From NCBI GenBank assembly GCA_964188305.1, contig OZ076894.1: DNA of 64,000 nt. One strand, written 5' to 3'. The DNA is from Podarcis bocagei (Eukaryota). How positions within the stretch are numbered: the first letter of the stretch is position 1; every line of letters begins with the position of its first letter. The notes below the pieces were generated by a model. That model saw nothing but the letters and a program-made list of their open reading frames with translations. It did not search any database and was not told the DNA's origin. Positions 48,099 to 61,977 of the stretch are shown here, in pieces. The translations under genes were made by a program, and so were the position numbers.

Positions 48099-49438
48099 CC
48101 AGCCATAGTTTATTAGAAATTCATGGCACATCAGTAGCATCTGCGAAACAATGATTACATCTAGGACCAATTCTGCTGTCTAATCCATCATAATTATGAC
48201 TGGCCTCTTTGAAGATGTCACGATGCATGACTTAGAACAGCACATTAGCGTGCAAAAGGGATAGGGATCGTATTTGTCCAATATGAATTTTAAATAATTC
48301 CACCCACACCAATTGATACTTTGTGAAACATGGAAATGTTGATATATTACTTTTCTCATATGGGGCATAAACTATTGCCAATTTAGACGAATGCTGCTAC
48401 TGTTGCTTTTTAAAAGATGCCCAACATCTCTTTTCATGTGCCTTCAAGTGCACCACATTGAGAAAAATGCCAGACACTACTTTTCAAGGAGGGGGCCGGG
48501 ACCCCTCAAAACTATGTGGTGGCTGTGTGCACATGCCATGTGATGTGCTCACCTCACTCACACACTTGCTAAATCACGGGAGCAAGCTGGCACGCTTGCC
48601 CAAGACAGACAGATGTAAACAACCCTGACATTTTACTTCTATGCATCTACCACAATTCTCAGTCCAGCTGCTCATCTAATGAAGTAGGCTGTTGCCTGTC
48701 AAAGTGTATAGAATGGTGTGTCATGAAGTTGCTATGGTGACAGGGGCCCTTTTGGTTTTCCTACTGTTACAGACTAGTGTGTCTATTTGTCTGGAGTGTC
48801 TTACACATTATTCGTTTTCTATATTTATATATTGCCATTCAACAGATGGTTTTACAAGAGGACTGCATAGCAAAATTGGTCCATACCCTAGAACATCTTA
48901 ACTGTAAGATCCTTCACTACATTTCCCCCCCTCTCTTTTTTAAAAAAACTGGATATTCCTTACACCATGTAGGTGCAGTTGGGAAGGTGGTATCGGTGGG
49001 TTTTGGTAAAGTGGTTACCTGAAGGCCTGCAATGGCCACAGGGAGAAAAAGGTCTCCCTGGAAATATACTGAACTCTCTTCTCCTCAGGAACATTCCAGA
49101 AAGGTTGGCGAAACCAAGACAGCATTGAATGGCATAAGCTGCTTGCTCAAAACACACTTGGGAATACATATCGGAGGGAACAGGTGCCTAATCTTTTTAT
49201 GGAAACATTGTCACAGCAGCATACCAAGCATGGCTTCCGCAGATAGAGAAACCATTCAAAAGTGTGATCTTAAATCTAAGTCCAGCAACAGATGCACAGA
49301 GCTGCATAGAAACTCAACACTGTACTAAAGAAGCAATGAACCGGAATACCATAGCCAGTTGATGTTCTAGTCCGTCTCCCCTTTCCTTCCAAAAGGCCTG
49401 TATCTGCAAATGCATACACTTTCAGTGCTTATCACAGT

Positions 49439-49474
49439 GGTGATGATGATGATGATGATAATAATAACAACAAC

Positions 49475-49520
<46 letters not shown>
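49439..49520. repeat. Compound (GAT)n(AAT/AAC)n trinucleotide repeat
   Basis: Direct reading. Confidence 0.9.
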
Positions 49521-49774
49521 GTATTTTTTAAAAAAATATTTATACCCCACCCTCCCCAGCCAAGACCGGGCTCAGGGCGGCTAACACCAGGTATAAAACC
49601 AATTGATTAAAATATTATACTTTCCATTTTATTCATCCACTCTCTTTAAGGTCTCATTATATTAAAATGGTATGGGGGGCAGGGAACCCTCCCTACATCT
49701 GTACATGGGCATCCATGTGAATTTTTTGGTGGGAGTGGGTAAAGCACTGAAAAGGATGGAAAAGGCTAGATTCC

Positions 49775-49808
<34 letters not shown>

Positions 49809-50915
49809 TGAGAAGAACAGTACCTGTACATTTTGACTCCTATCTCACATTCAACATATGCTAGAAACTTTTTCTTTAAAGAAATGAAAGCTGGGAATTA
49901 TTATTCATCCGGGGTGGGAGCATCCCCCCCCACCCCGATACGCATTCATCTGAAATAAATCAATCACCCACATTTCACTGCTGGTTAGTTCTAGTCTTCA
50001 CCAGCTAAGGCTTGGAACTACAATTCCAAGCAGTTCCACAGGGGCCTTTTGTACCCCTCTCCCTCACTTTCCTTTTAAAATGTTTTCAAAGCTTTGAGAA
50101 TGGCACGTTTGACTTTGTTCTGGCAGTTTGCCATCTACTGCCAATTCAGTTTCAGCTCCTAATCTTCCAAAGTACCTAGAAACCCAATTAGATTCAGTAT
50201 AATTTTAGATGGCTGAAGGAGTACTGAGTTACTTCCTATATTTTCAGATATTAAGGGAGACATACGAAAGGTTAATGAAAAAATGACCCTCTGTCGATTT
50301 TTCCACAGAGTTCCCCTTCATAGTCTGCCAAAAGCCAGTCACAAGATGTTATTTCACAGATTGGTAATTGTTTCCCCAAAGCATGGATGTAACCATTGGT
50401 TCACAAAAGCATCAGTGTGGCTAAAATGGATTATTTCTAAAACAGGAGGGTTTTCCTGACTTCGGTTTGGGTGCTGAATGAAGCTTTTATGGTCTATCCT
50501 GATAGCAATGCTCCTCCCCACCATTTTTTAGCAGGTCACCAAGGAGCTTCATAAAGGATGTTAGGATGAATAGAAGCATTAATCTTATACCTTTGCTCAA
50601 CCATGGGAGTGAGGAAAAGATGTTGCTTCTCTGAAAGCAGTGAAATACTCTCGATGCTTTGAGACCCTGCAGATAAATGCCTGAATTATAAGGGGTCAGG
50701 CCTCTATGGTGACACATTTATAGAATATTGGTAGATAGGCTATGATTTGGCTAAAAACTAAGGGGAGTCAGGAGGTAGAGTTCATCAAGGAACTCTGTAC
50801 CTTTCACCCAATAATCTGAACGCTGCTTTGGGATACTTCCAGTTTATAGTTCACAACCAACAGGCATTTCTAGGAATAGCACTTTGCAAGCATACCATTT
50901 ACTTAACCTGGGGTA

Positions 50916-51271
50916 AGGTAAAGGTAAAGGGACCCCTGACCATTAGGTCCAGTCGTGGCTGACTCTGGGGTTGCGGCGCTCATCTTGCTTTACTGGCCGA
51001 GGGAGCCGGCGTACAGCTTCCAGATCATGTGGCCAGCATGACTAAGCCGCTTCTGGCGAACCAGAGCAGCGCACGGAAACACCGTTTACCTTCCCGCCGG
51101 AGCGGTACCTATTTATCTACTTTGCACTTTGACGTGCTTTTGAACTGCTAGGTTGGCAGAAGCTGGGACCGAACAAAGGGAGCTCACCCCGTCACGGGGA
51201 TTCGAACCGCCGACCTTTTGATCAGCAAGTCCTAGGGTCTGTGGTTTAACCCACAGCACCACCCGTGTCCC
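50916..51271 (-). mobile_element. Sauria SINE, full length
   Basis: (AAAGGT)n tail on +, same body; degenerate TSD t(a/g)acct(g/a)gggta. Confidence 0.9.
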
Positions 51272-52433
51272 TGACCTAGGGTAGGGTTAGGCAAATAAGT
51301 CTACCTTGGTTTCTCATGTTTCCAATCCTGTTTTCAGCGCATCCCATTTCCACATACACCTACAATTCTTTTTCAAATGTCTACATGAATATTTGAATGC
51401 ACTTTCATGCAATCTCTTCCAATAGACACATTTTTGTATGCAGTGTTGCCTAGTATATGCATTTGTGCAGGCAAGTTACCCATAACAGAACGTATTTTAG
51501 CATGCACTTTACGCTAACATACACGTTTTTGAGTGCATTTTTTGGCTGGGAAAAAAACCCCTGTATTGCAAAATTCAGAGAAACGTGAATATGTCTCCTA
51601 ATATCAAAAGCAAACAAATGGCTGCTTCACCCCTCCTCTGGAGTACTTGCATGAAATGCTACCATAGATTGTGGTGGTAGCTATGGCCTAAGAATGTACC
51701 AGTGTGGGATTTCATGAGTCTGATGAAGCCGAGGAAATATGTCAAGATTAAGAAATCTTGGTCAAGTTCCACAGGTATATGTTCAGTTTGAAATCTTTTA
51801 AGGCTGCAGTCCTGAAAGAAATGTAGCAGCAGCTGTTACAAAATAAATAAATAAATAAATGGATGCTGCATTTGGTAGCAAAGAGCCTTTGGAAAAATGA
51901 ACAGCTGTGGATGGAAAAACATGAGATAGCCACAGAGACCAATTATTAATCAAATCTAAAAAGCCACTCCTTTAAATTGAAATGCATTGCTTTCAAAAGC
52001 ATGTAGGGATTTGAAGCTGGGTTTCCTAAGGCCCAACTCATTACAGCAGTGTTCACAAATAATTTTTTTTTTTTTTAGGTGGGGGAGGAAGAGAAAAGAA
52101 ACACCATTAGTACACATTATAAAGCAGACTTACAAAGTGAATGGTATTTTTTTTTTAAAAAGGTTACTAAAACATCTTGTAGTGCCTCCTGTGTCCTTCC
52201 ACCAATTGGCCCCTGCACCCCAACATTTCCCATTATTTCCTTCTTAATGTCTGATTTCTCTTTCAAAGGGAATTTCCATGCTCCCATTTTGTGCGTTGGT
52301 CCAACTGGTGTCCCTCAGTTCCCCTATGAAGCAGTTCCCCTATGAGGAAACATTGGGGGCTTCCTTAGTTTGGGAAATGGTGAATAAAGGAGAACATGTT
52401 AGAGGTGTATGTTATGTATCTCATAATACTATA

Positions 52434-52685
52434 CAGTGGTACCTCTGGTTGCGAACGGGATCCGTTCCGGAGCCCTGTTCGCAACCTGAATGGAACACAA
52501 CCCGCGTCTGTGCATGTGCGGGTCGTGATTCGCTGCTTCTGCACATGTGCATGGCATCATTTTGCACATCTGTGCATGCGCGAGCTGCGAAACCTGGAAG
52601 TAACCCTTTCTGGTACTTCCGGGTTGCCGCAGGACGCAACCTGAAAAGACATAACCTGTAGTGTTTGCAGCATGAGGTATGACTG
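52434..52685. mobile_element. Tc1/mariner-type MITE
   Basis: TA|cagtggtacctctggttgc ... gaggtatgactg|TA; a left-truncated relative lies at ~29920-30131. Confidence 0.85.
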
Positions 52686-53779
52686 TACCTCAGTGTCATC
52701 TTGTAGAAGGTTCAGAAAAGACAAAATATTTCTCCACAGTGTATAGTAAAACGATGGAATTTGCTCCCAAAGGATGGGTGCTAGCTTGGATGGGTTTAAA
52801 AGAAGATTAGACTGTTTCATGAAGGATAAAGTCATCAGCAGCAACTAGCCACAATAGCTATGCTTTGGCCCTTCCGTTGGAGGAAGTATGTCTCTGAATA
52901 TAAGTGGCTGGGAATCACAACTGGAGAGAACTGTTACACCCATATCCTGGTTGTGGACTTCTCGTTGGCATTTGGTTGGCCACTGTGAGAACAGGATGCT
53001 GATACTTTAGACTGATCCACCAGGGCTCTTATTATTTTGTTATAGAAGCGTATAAGAACCCTTCCCCTGCCACACTACAAAATGCTCAGAGATTCATTGC
53101 TTTGTGTTGTTCAACTCAATTATTAAGTTCTCCCAATTTACTTTAAACTGCCCACTGCATGAAGATGTATGTGCCTTCAAAACAGCGGTGTTCTTATGAT
53201 GAGAAACACCCACAGAGGCTATCTTCATTTCTAAATTAATGCTTTAAAGTGCAGTAATTCAACCATGCCGCAGGCACTGGAAGCTGCTGTACGGAGCAGG
53301 TATTTGGACAAAACATTAAATGAGACTGATCACATCCAGGCTGCATTAGGAAAGCACAAAGTAGAAGTAAACACATCATAATGATAAAGGGCTTCAGTTA
53401 TAATCAATCTATTGGAATTATGGGCAAAGAGAGAGAGAGAGAGATATCTATCCCTGGAATATGACCAACTCTTTTCTGCTAGAGGTGTTAAGCAGAGGTT
53501 GCTGTGAGCAGTGGTACAGACATGCAGAGCAGGTTTGTATCATAAGTAAGGCACTCAGATTTTAACTCTGGCCCTAGTTTTTAACGTTCTACGTTATGCT
53601 GCAGATGAACTCAGCAATAAAACAAACATTTGTGAGGGCTCATGACTGAGCCTACCTGGTGACAGTGAAGGCACCATAGAAGGCACACTATGCTGCCTCC
53701 ATTGTCTGGTCCAAAGGAGGTGGTAGAACCAACAGTAGCTCACTGTGACTTGTTTGCAAAGCACTCCCTCTGAAGGCAC

Positions 53780-54535
53780 AGGTACATAGCTTACAGGTAC
53801 TTCTGGATACTTTGCTGTCACTTGAGGTACAGAGTGCCTTCCATCAGCCTTGGTTGTTGGCCCAGCTGCACCCCTATCTGGACAGCGGTAGCCTAACTAT
53901 TGTTCTCTATTCTCTGGTAACCTCTAGGTTAGATTACTGCAACCTATTATACATAGGACTGCCTCTGAAGATGGTTTGGAAACTTCAGCTTGTGCAGAAT
54001 TTGGTGGCCAAGTTGCTCACCAGGGCAAGACTGTTTGAGCACATTACACCGATTCTGGCCTGACTGCACTGGCTGCCAATTAGTTTCTGGGCCCAATGCA
54101 AAGTGCTATGTTTGGACCTATAAAGCCTTAAGTAGCTCAGGACTGCAATGCCTCAAGGACTACCTCTCGCCATATGAACCAACCTGGATGCTGCAATAAT
54201 CATCTGAGGCTCTTCTTCGTGGGCCTCTTCTATGAGAGGTCCATATGAGAATGGGCCTTTTCTGTGGTGGCTCCCCATTTGTGAAATACTCTCCCCAAGG
54301 AGGCTTGCCTGGTGCCTTCGTTACATGTATTTAGGCACCAGGTGAAAACGTTTCTCATTAGCCAGGCCTTTGGCTGATTAACATCCTATGGCTTTTAAAA
54401 TGTGTGTGTGTCAGGGGGAGTTATTGGTTTGTGTTTGTGTTATTGTATATTTTGTACTGTAATTTTGTATTTTTCTGTTGTGAACCACACTGAGATCATC
54501 GGATGAAAGGCAGCATACAAATGATTATTAATAAT
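53780..54535 (+). mobile_element. Older L2-clade LINE 3' fragment
   Basis: SLVTSRLDYCNLLYIGLPLK..LQLVQN..HITPILA*LHWLP; boundaries approximate. Confidence 0.8.
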
Positions 54536-54739
54536 GATACTAAAACTTGCCATGAAACCCAGACCAACATGTGACAAGCACACTGTCTGCTTACCACATG
54601 TCAGTGGACGACAGAAAATTGTACAACTCTGAAGAGGTTATACTGTGGCCATAAACAAGTATGCTGCTGTAGTGTTTTTTTAGCAGACAAAGAGTATCAT
54701 TTAGCTGTAGAAGAAAAGGAAATTTATCAAGAAAGGAGA

Positions 54740-55100
54740 TGGCACTTTCCAATATAATAATGCCCACTTCAGAGCTCATAACCCACCTACTCTCAGCAGC
54801 CAGAAACATCTTAGCCAGACACTGGAAAGACCTTTCAGGAGTAAGCATGGACCAATGGTATCAAACAGTATGGAAAACAGCCTTATTAGAAAAACTAACC
54901 AATAAACTGTAACTGACATGGGGACAAATAGAAGAAGACGCCTTCACCCCGGTATGGCTCCCCTTTATCACATACACAGCCCAACAAGACAACGACAAGA
55001 ATCCACTAACAGCATATGAATCAATCTGGCTAACTTGATAAAAAAAAACCCCCACTCACACATGAAAACAAAGTTCACCACAGCTAATCACAAACAAACA
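54740..55100 (+). mobile_element. L1-clade LINE ORF2 C-terminal fragment
   Basis: HLLSAARNILARHWK..DQW..VWLPFITY with internal stop; A-rich strand; boundaries approximate. Confidence 0.65.
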
Positions 55101-55354
55101 ACCATACCCTAGGCCAGCGGTTCTCAACTTGTGGGTTCCCAGATGTTGTTGGACTACAACTCCCATCATCCCTGAGCTCTGGCCTTGCTAGCTGGGGGTG
55201 ATGGGAGTTGTAGTTCAACAACATCTGGGGACCCACAGGTTGAGAAAGGCTGAACTAGGCCAACCCCAACCTGTCTCGTCACCAAAGGAATACAAGAGAA
55301 TAGTAAAGAGAACCCGCACAAGCGATGCAGACACAAAACCCCACACATACATTA

Positions 55355-55699
55355 CAGTGGTGCCCCGCAAGACGAATGCCTCACAAGACGGAAAACCCGC
55401 TAGATGAAAGGGTTTTCCGTTTTGGAGGTGCTTCGCAAAATGAATCTCCTATGGGCTTGCTTCGCAAGACGACAATGTCTTGCGAGTTCCTGCTGTTTTT
55501 TCCCCCCTTTCCCCCCTTTTTCTAAGCCGCTAAGCCGCTTATCAGCTGATCCGATCAGCAGATAAGCCGCTAAAAGCCGCTAATAGCGCTAATAGCGCTA
55601 ATCTGCTAATCCGTCAATAGGCTTGCTTCGCAAGACGAAAAAACCGCTAGACGAAGAGAATCACAGAACGGATTCTTTTCGTCTTGCGAGGCACCACTG
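55355..55699. mobile_element. Tc1/mariner-type MITE, same termini as 31307-31660
   Basis: Same TIRs and TA TSD, different centre. Confidence 0.88.
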
Positions 55700-56907
55700 T
55701 AAGTAGAACAGAAGCATTGCCACCCCACCCTACCCCCACTCACCATGGCCCCCTCCACCTCTCCCCCTTTTCTTCCTAATTGTAACACTAATGTCTCAAC
55801 AAATGAAACTGATTTATAGAAAATGTAACTTGAAAAAAGCACATACTTTTGTAAACCAAGAAATCTTTAATAAAAAATGTTGAAAAAAGAAAAAAGATGA
55901 TACTTATCAATATTCTGATGAAATAAATAAATAAATAAATAAAATAAGGACGTATTTCAGATACAACAACAACTGCTGTACTTTAGGCTGCAAACACACT
56001 AATCAAGTTATAACACAAAAATACAGTTTTCCCCCAATCTGGAATAATTCATGCTCATCGACAGCCTGCTGCTTTCAATCTAGTTTCCAGCACCTGCTAC
56101 CGAGAAGGGTGGGTGCAGTTGCAAAATATGCATTTGACAACCTTCCCCTTGATTAGGTCATGCATGTTTTCTGCTCTCTGTTCATGCCCTGTACATGAAG
56201 AAGGAAGAGAAGTTTGTGATGCTAGTAGCTGAGACCACCTACATCTATTTTCAAATGGACACACTGAAGTAATCAATCTACAACACATTTTAATTTCTGT
56301 AATGAAACCAGTCTCTTAAGCACGTTTCAGGGGCAAAAAAATATGCAATAGATATAGTTTGTGTGTGGACTACATAGAAAGTCTCCATTTTACACAACCT
56401 TACTATTAGTATTAGAGCTGACTGCATAACATTGCACCTGTTTGCTTATCGGCTACCAAATGGGTTACCTACTGAGATGAAGTCACCTGGAACTGGACCA
56501 AAATGCCCTTGCAGAAAGAGACCACTATGGGGTAAAAATCTGCTATTTTGGAAGAAGTGGGCAAAGTCTGGCTGAATGTGCAGTGTGCACAGCAAGGTTT
56601 GGGCATAATTATTTATGTTTGGAAAGATGAATTTTCACATAACAAGCAGGCAGATAGCGGGACCTGTGTGTATCATGAATGGGTACATTACGAGGAATCA
56701 GATTTGGGTTGCGTGAACAGATCCTACTTTTCTGCAACCTGTAAATGATGTGTTGGGTCTGTTCACACAACCAGCTATGGGACCACATCAAGGGCAAGGC
56801 AAACCTCTCTCCTCAACACATTCATTGTACCTAGATTGCATTTATGAACTGGGCTATTGCTGTCTACACTGGAGGGGGGATATTCAGGATTTTATTTTAT
56901 ATATATT

Positions 56908-56952
<45 letters not shown>

Positions 56953-56960
56953 CCACACAT

Positions 56961-57198
56961 GAGAGCCAGTGTGGTATAGTGGTAAAGAGCGATAGACTTG
57001 CAATCTGGTGAACCAGGTTCGCGTCTCCGCTCCTCCACATGCAGCTGCTGGGTGACCTTGGGCTAGTCACACTTGCCTGAAGTCTCTCAGCCCCACTCAC
57101 CTCACAGAGTGTTTGTTGTGGGGGAGGAGGGGAAAGGAGAGTGTTAGCCGCTTTGAGACTCCTTCGGGTGGTGATAAAACGGGATATCAAATCCAAAC
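56961..57198 (+). mobile_element. tRNA-derived SINE (MIR/L2-tail type)
   Basis: A box TGGTATAGTGG, B box GGTTCG, core gggtgaccttgggctagtcac, short TSD (a)cacat; older relatives at ~9260-9455 (+) and ~28376-28586 (-). Confidence 0.75.
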
Positions 57199-58603
57199 AC
57201 ATATACGCCACTGTACCACAAAAAAGATATCGAAAGTGGCTTACGACAATTGGAACATAAAATCAATCAGTAAAGACATAAAAAGGTGAAAAACAAGTTA
57301 AAAACAAAAATCAGAATGAGGGCATTTGGTTTTGGATGGGATCACCCTAGGAAGCAGTCCTTAACAAACAAACAAACAAACAAACAAACCCACAGACACA
57401 GCAGTGAGAATAGTGACCGAAAGCACCCAAAAGCACCATTTCCCCACCCTTTGAACATGTTAATGGATGAACAGTTAGTGCAGCTCTAATTTACAGATAG
57501 CTTTTTCCAAAAATGAAGAGGGGAGGGATGACTTTCAGTATTTTTATTATGCCTCCAGGCTGACCTAGTGAACCTAATATTTTTCAGTTGCTCAACAGTT
57601 TCATAAAATCAGGCAGGTGGTACCCCTTACAAGAGGGCTGATGTGAAACTCAAGCACTGCCCGTAATGAAGACAGAAACGAGAAAGTGTGCACTCATAGA
57701 CCAGGAAAAGAACAAAGATGCAGATTGTTTCATTGGTCTCTTCTCATTTTAATTAGGGTCTTCTTGGTGGGGAAGATTGAGATTTTTCCAAGGAAGTCCC
57801 TGTTTTTTTACACATTCTCAGTCGCTCCCCACAGAATGAATAATCACCCTCCTGCTTTTTTGCTCCATGCTTTTTTTTTTTGACAGAAGACACCCACAAA
57901 AATCTAAATTCTGCATTGTTTTGCAATTAACATGCTGAGTAAATGCAGCTGCATCCCCAAAGGATTTTGAGCGATGCAAAATGTCCTTTCACTGTGAGAT
58001 ACAAAAGCTGAAGCTTGTTAATGTTAAAGAAACCTGTGCTCTTTGAAGTCTGGAAACACTGAATCTGTTTTCAGTGACGGACTATTCTTCCCAAGGCTCT
58101 CTTGTTAAAGGAACAAAAGGAGAGAAAAGCGCTTCCCCCTTCCTCAATGCGCTTCGGAGAATCTATTAGCTTTTGTGCAGAAGCATCAGCGACTGGCAGA
58201 AATCGCCTGCCATTTTGATTGGGCTGCATTAAGATACATTAATTGGTTGCCCACCGTCTCAAACCTCCCCTGTTTTGCTCCCTTTTCCAATCATCCTCTC
58301 ACTCCCGTAACTCAGCTGTCAGAGATGCTTCCAGCACTTCTGCTGTTGTTGCATCTCGCAGACAGACCCCCATGCCTAGAAGAAAATAAATCCTTGTACA
58401 TAATACACCAGAGATGTGAACCGGATATGGAAGACATTAAAATGGAGGGTATTGTTGTCCAGGCTGCGCTGAACTCAAATTTTAAGAAGAAAAACGATGG
58501 CCCTGAGTCAGCTTTATGGCTTTCGTGAAAAGGAAATAGCTTACACTTCCTCTGGTTTGTTTGCTTGTTCTTTCACCACTCAGGAAAGGGAGTGGGGAAT
58601 CGA

Positions 58604-58787
58604 AGAATCATCGCATTGTAGAGTTGGAAGGGCCCTTGAGGGCTATTTAGTCCAACCCCCTGCAATGCAGGAATCTAAGCTAGATAATATATGACAGATG
58701 GCCATCCAATCTCTGCTTATAAACCTCCAAGGAAGTAGAGTCTACCACCTCTCTTGGGAGTCTTCCAATGTCAAACAGCTCTCACTG
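58604..58787 (-). mobile_element. CR1-type LINE 3' end
   Basis: agaatcat..agagttggaaggg..tagtccaacccc is the reverse complement of the CR1 ccttccaac..atgattct terminus. Confidence 0.7.
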
Positions 58788-59993
58788 GGTGGACTGCGTG
58801 GACCCCACCCATTTACCTCTCAAAGCTTTCACTCTCTCTTGAACTCTCTCTTCAAAGTCCCTTTCAACTTTCCCTTGTGGTACCTGATGACTATCAGTCT
58901 TGCGAAGGAGTTAAAAGAAACTCTCATGTTTGGGGAAATGAAACATTTATTTCACCCGCCTGTAAGTGTTTGCCAGCCAACCCTTATGATGAAGACCTAT
59001 GAATCAGGAAACTTAAAAAAGCAGCTAACTCTGAATAGTCTACTATCGGTTCCGATAGGTGGTAACTGTACAATTTCCATCCCTTGTGCAATAGACTTTC
59101 TTCACAGAGCGACTGTTGCATTGGAGAAATGGCCCTATCCCAACCCCTTAACTACAAGGCCTGCTACTGCGGCTTCTTAGAAAACTTTATCCTCCCTTCT
59201 CCTGTTCTCCTGCTGTCGCTGTGGAAATTCCAGCTGCCTTCCTGCTTGAGCCCTGGCTACCATCATTGCTCCAGGTGCAGGAGAATATGGGATTTTTTCT
59301 CTCTCCCAAAGGGCAGATATATTAGACAGAAGCAGGGCACATTTTTGCAAAGTGAAACCGAGAAGACTTTCCCCCACCATTACTGCAGCAAGTCCAGCTG
59401 CTTGTCGAAGGGGGGGGGGATGAGGTGAAATTGACAAATGGTTTCTCTCCATGAATCCATAGAACAGAATAGCTGTGTGAAAGGCTGCCCACACCTGGGG
59501 AAATGGTACAGCTGTTAAATTTCACTAAAAAGTTAGATTATCTGAGGATGTGGGTGAAGGAAGCTGAACATGGGAAATCTGCAAGGTGTGTGACATCAGC
59601 CAAGCACCCCTTAAAGGTGAGCGAATAGTGTCAATATGCAGATAAATCCCAGATCTATTTCTCCATGTCACCTGAGACAGGTGAGAGCATGCAGGCCCCC
59701 AGAGGAGTGTCTGGATGCAGTGATGGACTGGTTGTTAGGCAATATTGAAACCAAATGACAACAAGATGTAAGTCCTTTGGGATGGTGTTCCCAGGTCTGA
59801 GAATTAGGTAATTTTCAGTCAGCACCTTTTAGCAACACATATTCCCCCCTGCCTGGCAATCTGTTAATTAGTGCCAACACTTAGCCCACTTCTTAAAGAA
59901 GTTATTGTAATCATGGAGCATGGCCTAAATAAAAAGTGCTTTACCACAAATTAGAAAATGCTCTAGGAGAAATTGTACACACACACACACATA

Positions 59994-60253
59994 CAGTGGT
60001 ACCTCTGGTTGCGAATGGGATCCGTTCCGGAGGCCCGTTCGCAACATGAAAAGAACTCAACCTGCAGCGGTGCGTCTATGCGCACACTGGTTGTGATTCG
60101 CCACTTCTGCGCATGCACATGATGTCATTTTGCATGTCTGCGCATGCACGAGCAGCAAAACCCGGAAGTAACCCTTTCCGGTACTTCCGGGTCGCCGCGG
60201 GACGTAACCTGAAAGAATGTAACATGAAGCGGACGTAACATGAGGTATGACTG
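59994..60253. mobile_element. Tc1/mariner-type MITE, same family as 52434-52685
   Basis: Same TIRs, TA TSD, alignable body. Confidence 0.85.
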
Positions 60254-61243
60254 TATATATATAAACTGACTGGAGGAAAATAGATGAAAGCAATGGAATA
60301 TTCAGGTGAAGTGTCCCTTCCCAGACTGCATGGCCATACCATAACTGCTTATATGGACAGGAGACAGAGGGATATACAAACTGAGAAGATCCCCAAAGAG
60401 CGAAGAGTCAGTTGCAATTCCACACACAGCAACAGCACCATAGAAATTATTAGCATTGCTAGGAACTGCCAGTGTGAAAGCTATCGTGTGCCCAAGTACT
60501 TGAGAGAAGCAACATGATAGAAGCGCGTGCAGTTATTCAGGACTTAGAAAAAGTGCACAGAGAAAAGTTTTCCTCCTCCCTCATAACTCTAGGACTCGTG
60601 GAGGTGCAATGAAGTAGAATGTTGAGGGATTCAGGAAAGACAAAAACACCTCCTCGGGACATAGTTAAAATTATGGAGCAGTGATGGGCACCAATTTGGA
60701 TTAGAAGTAGATTAGACAAATTCATGGAGGTAAAGGCTATGAATGGCTACTAAACATGACCACAGTGCTCTGGCTCCATGCCTGAGGCAGTATGCTTACG
60801 AATTCCAGGTGTTGGGAATCTCAAGAGGGACATGTGCTGCTGTGCCCACGTCCTCCTTTGGGGCTTCCACAGGTTGGCCACTGTGAGAACAGGATGCTGG
60901 ACTAGATGTGCCATTGGCCTGATCCTGCAGGCTCTTCTTATATTCTTATAAATTTGACAGTAATCCCTACTGAATAACCAATGGGATTAAGAGTAAATAT
61001 CCCTAGGATTGTTACTTAGGACCACCTACAACTGGATACATTACTGTGAAAGATAAGGCATAAACGTACTGCAGTTTGCATGTGCAAGTGAAATGTGTTC
61101 TTGAAAAAGTTTGTGTATACATGCTGCGCATTTATGTGCCCACTATTATCAGATCAAGTCGTTTCTGAACTTTATTTTTTTTTAATGCAGAAATCGCCAG
61201 ATAACAATTGCTGGTTTAAAAGCAGCCTGTAAGTATTATCTTA

Positions 61244-61350
61244 AAGGTAAAGGTAAAGGGACCCCTGACCATTAGGTCCAGTCGTGGTTGACTCTGGGGT
61301 TGCGGCGCTCATCTCGCTTTATTGGCCGAGGGAGCCGGCGTACAGCTTCC
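61244..61350 (-). mobile_element. 5'-truncated Sauria SINE
   Basis: 3' 107 bp only, exact 9-bp TSD ATTATCTTA (61235-43, 61351-59). Confidence 0.88.
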
Positions 61351-61977
61351 ATTATCTTACTCGGCACCAAACCCTGTGTTCTTGATCGCAGAGTAAATGA
61401 ACCAGACAGTTGAAACTGGAGGGGGAATTCAGCCATAATATTGTGGGGGTGGGAGTAAAGAAACAGTGTTTTGTTTGACTCACGTCTGTGTGATCATCTT
61501 CCTTCTCTGAGCTAACTTTCAACCAACTGCATGACAAAGTGAGAATGTGGTTTTGCATTTCCTGTGGTTTGCTTTCTGAGCAAGATCTAAATCAAGAGGC
61601 AATGGATGCTGTGGTCGTTAATGCTCTAAAAAGCATGTGGATACAGCAAGGAGGCTGGAAAATAAATATCATAAGGATGGCTTGCCCATCACTTCTTGTG
61701 TCACCTGCCCCTTTCACCGCCATTCGATACAAATGGCTGCTTTCCCTCTCTGTCCGCTCACAGTGTGTGCTCATCTGACAGTCAAATACGGGAGAGCTCT
61801 GTGGCTACCTCAGTTCTGGCACTTTCATTTTTCTCTCTCACTGTTGAAGACAGAAATGGGAAGGGCGGGGAGGCAGACCACAGAGGCAGCAGCTGTAACA
61901 CATTGCTGTGTTTCTCCCAGGCAAAGAATTCTCCAAAGCGTGGTTTGGCTAAACTTAGGTGGAATCTAGACACATAT

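Noticed and set aside
50800-50907. Possible TET2 non-coding exon 2 (cag|...AAG|gtacag on -)
   Set aside because: Only splice dinucleotides support it; no TET2 promoter, CpG island or 5' exon could be identified in the window
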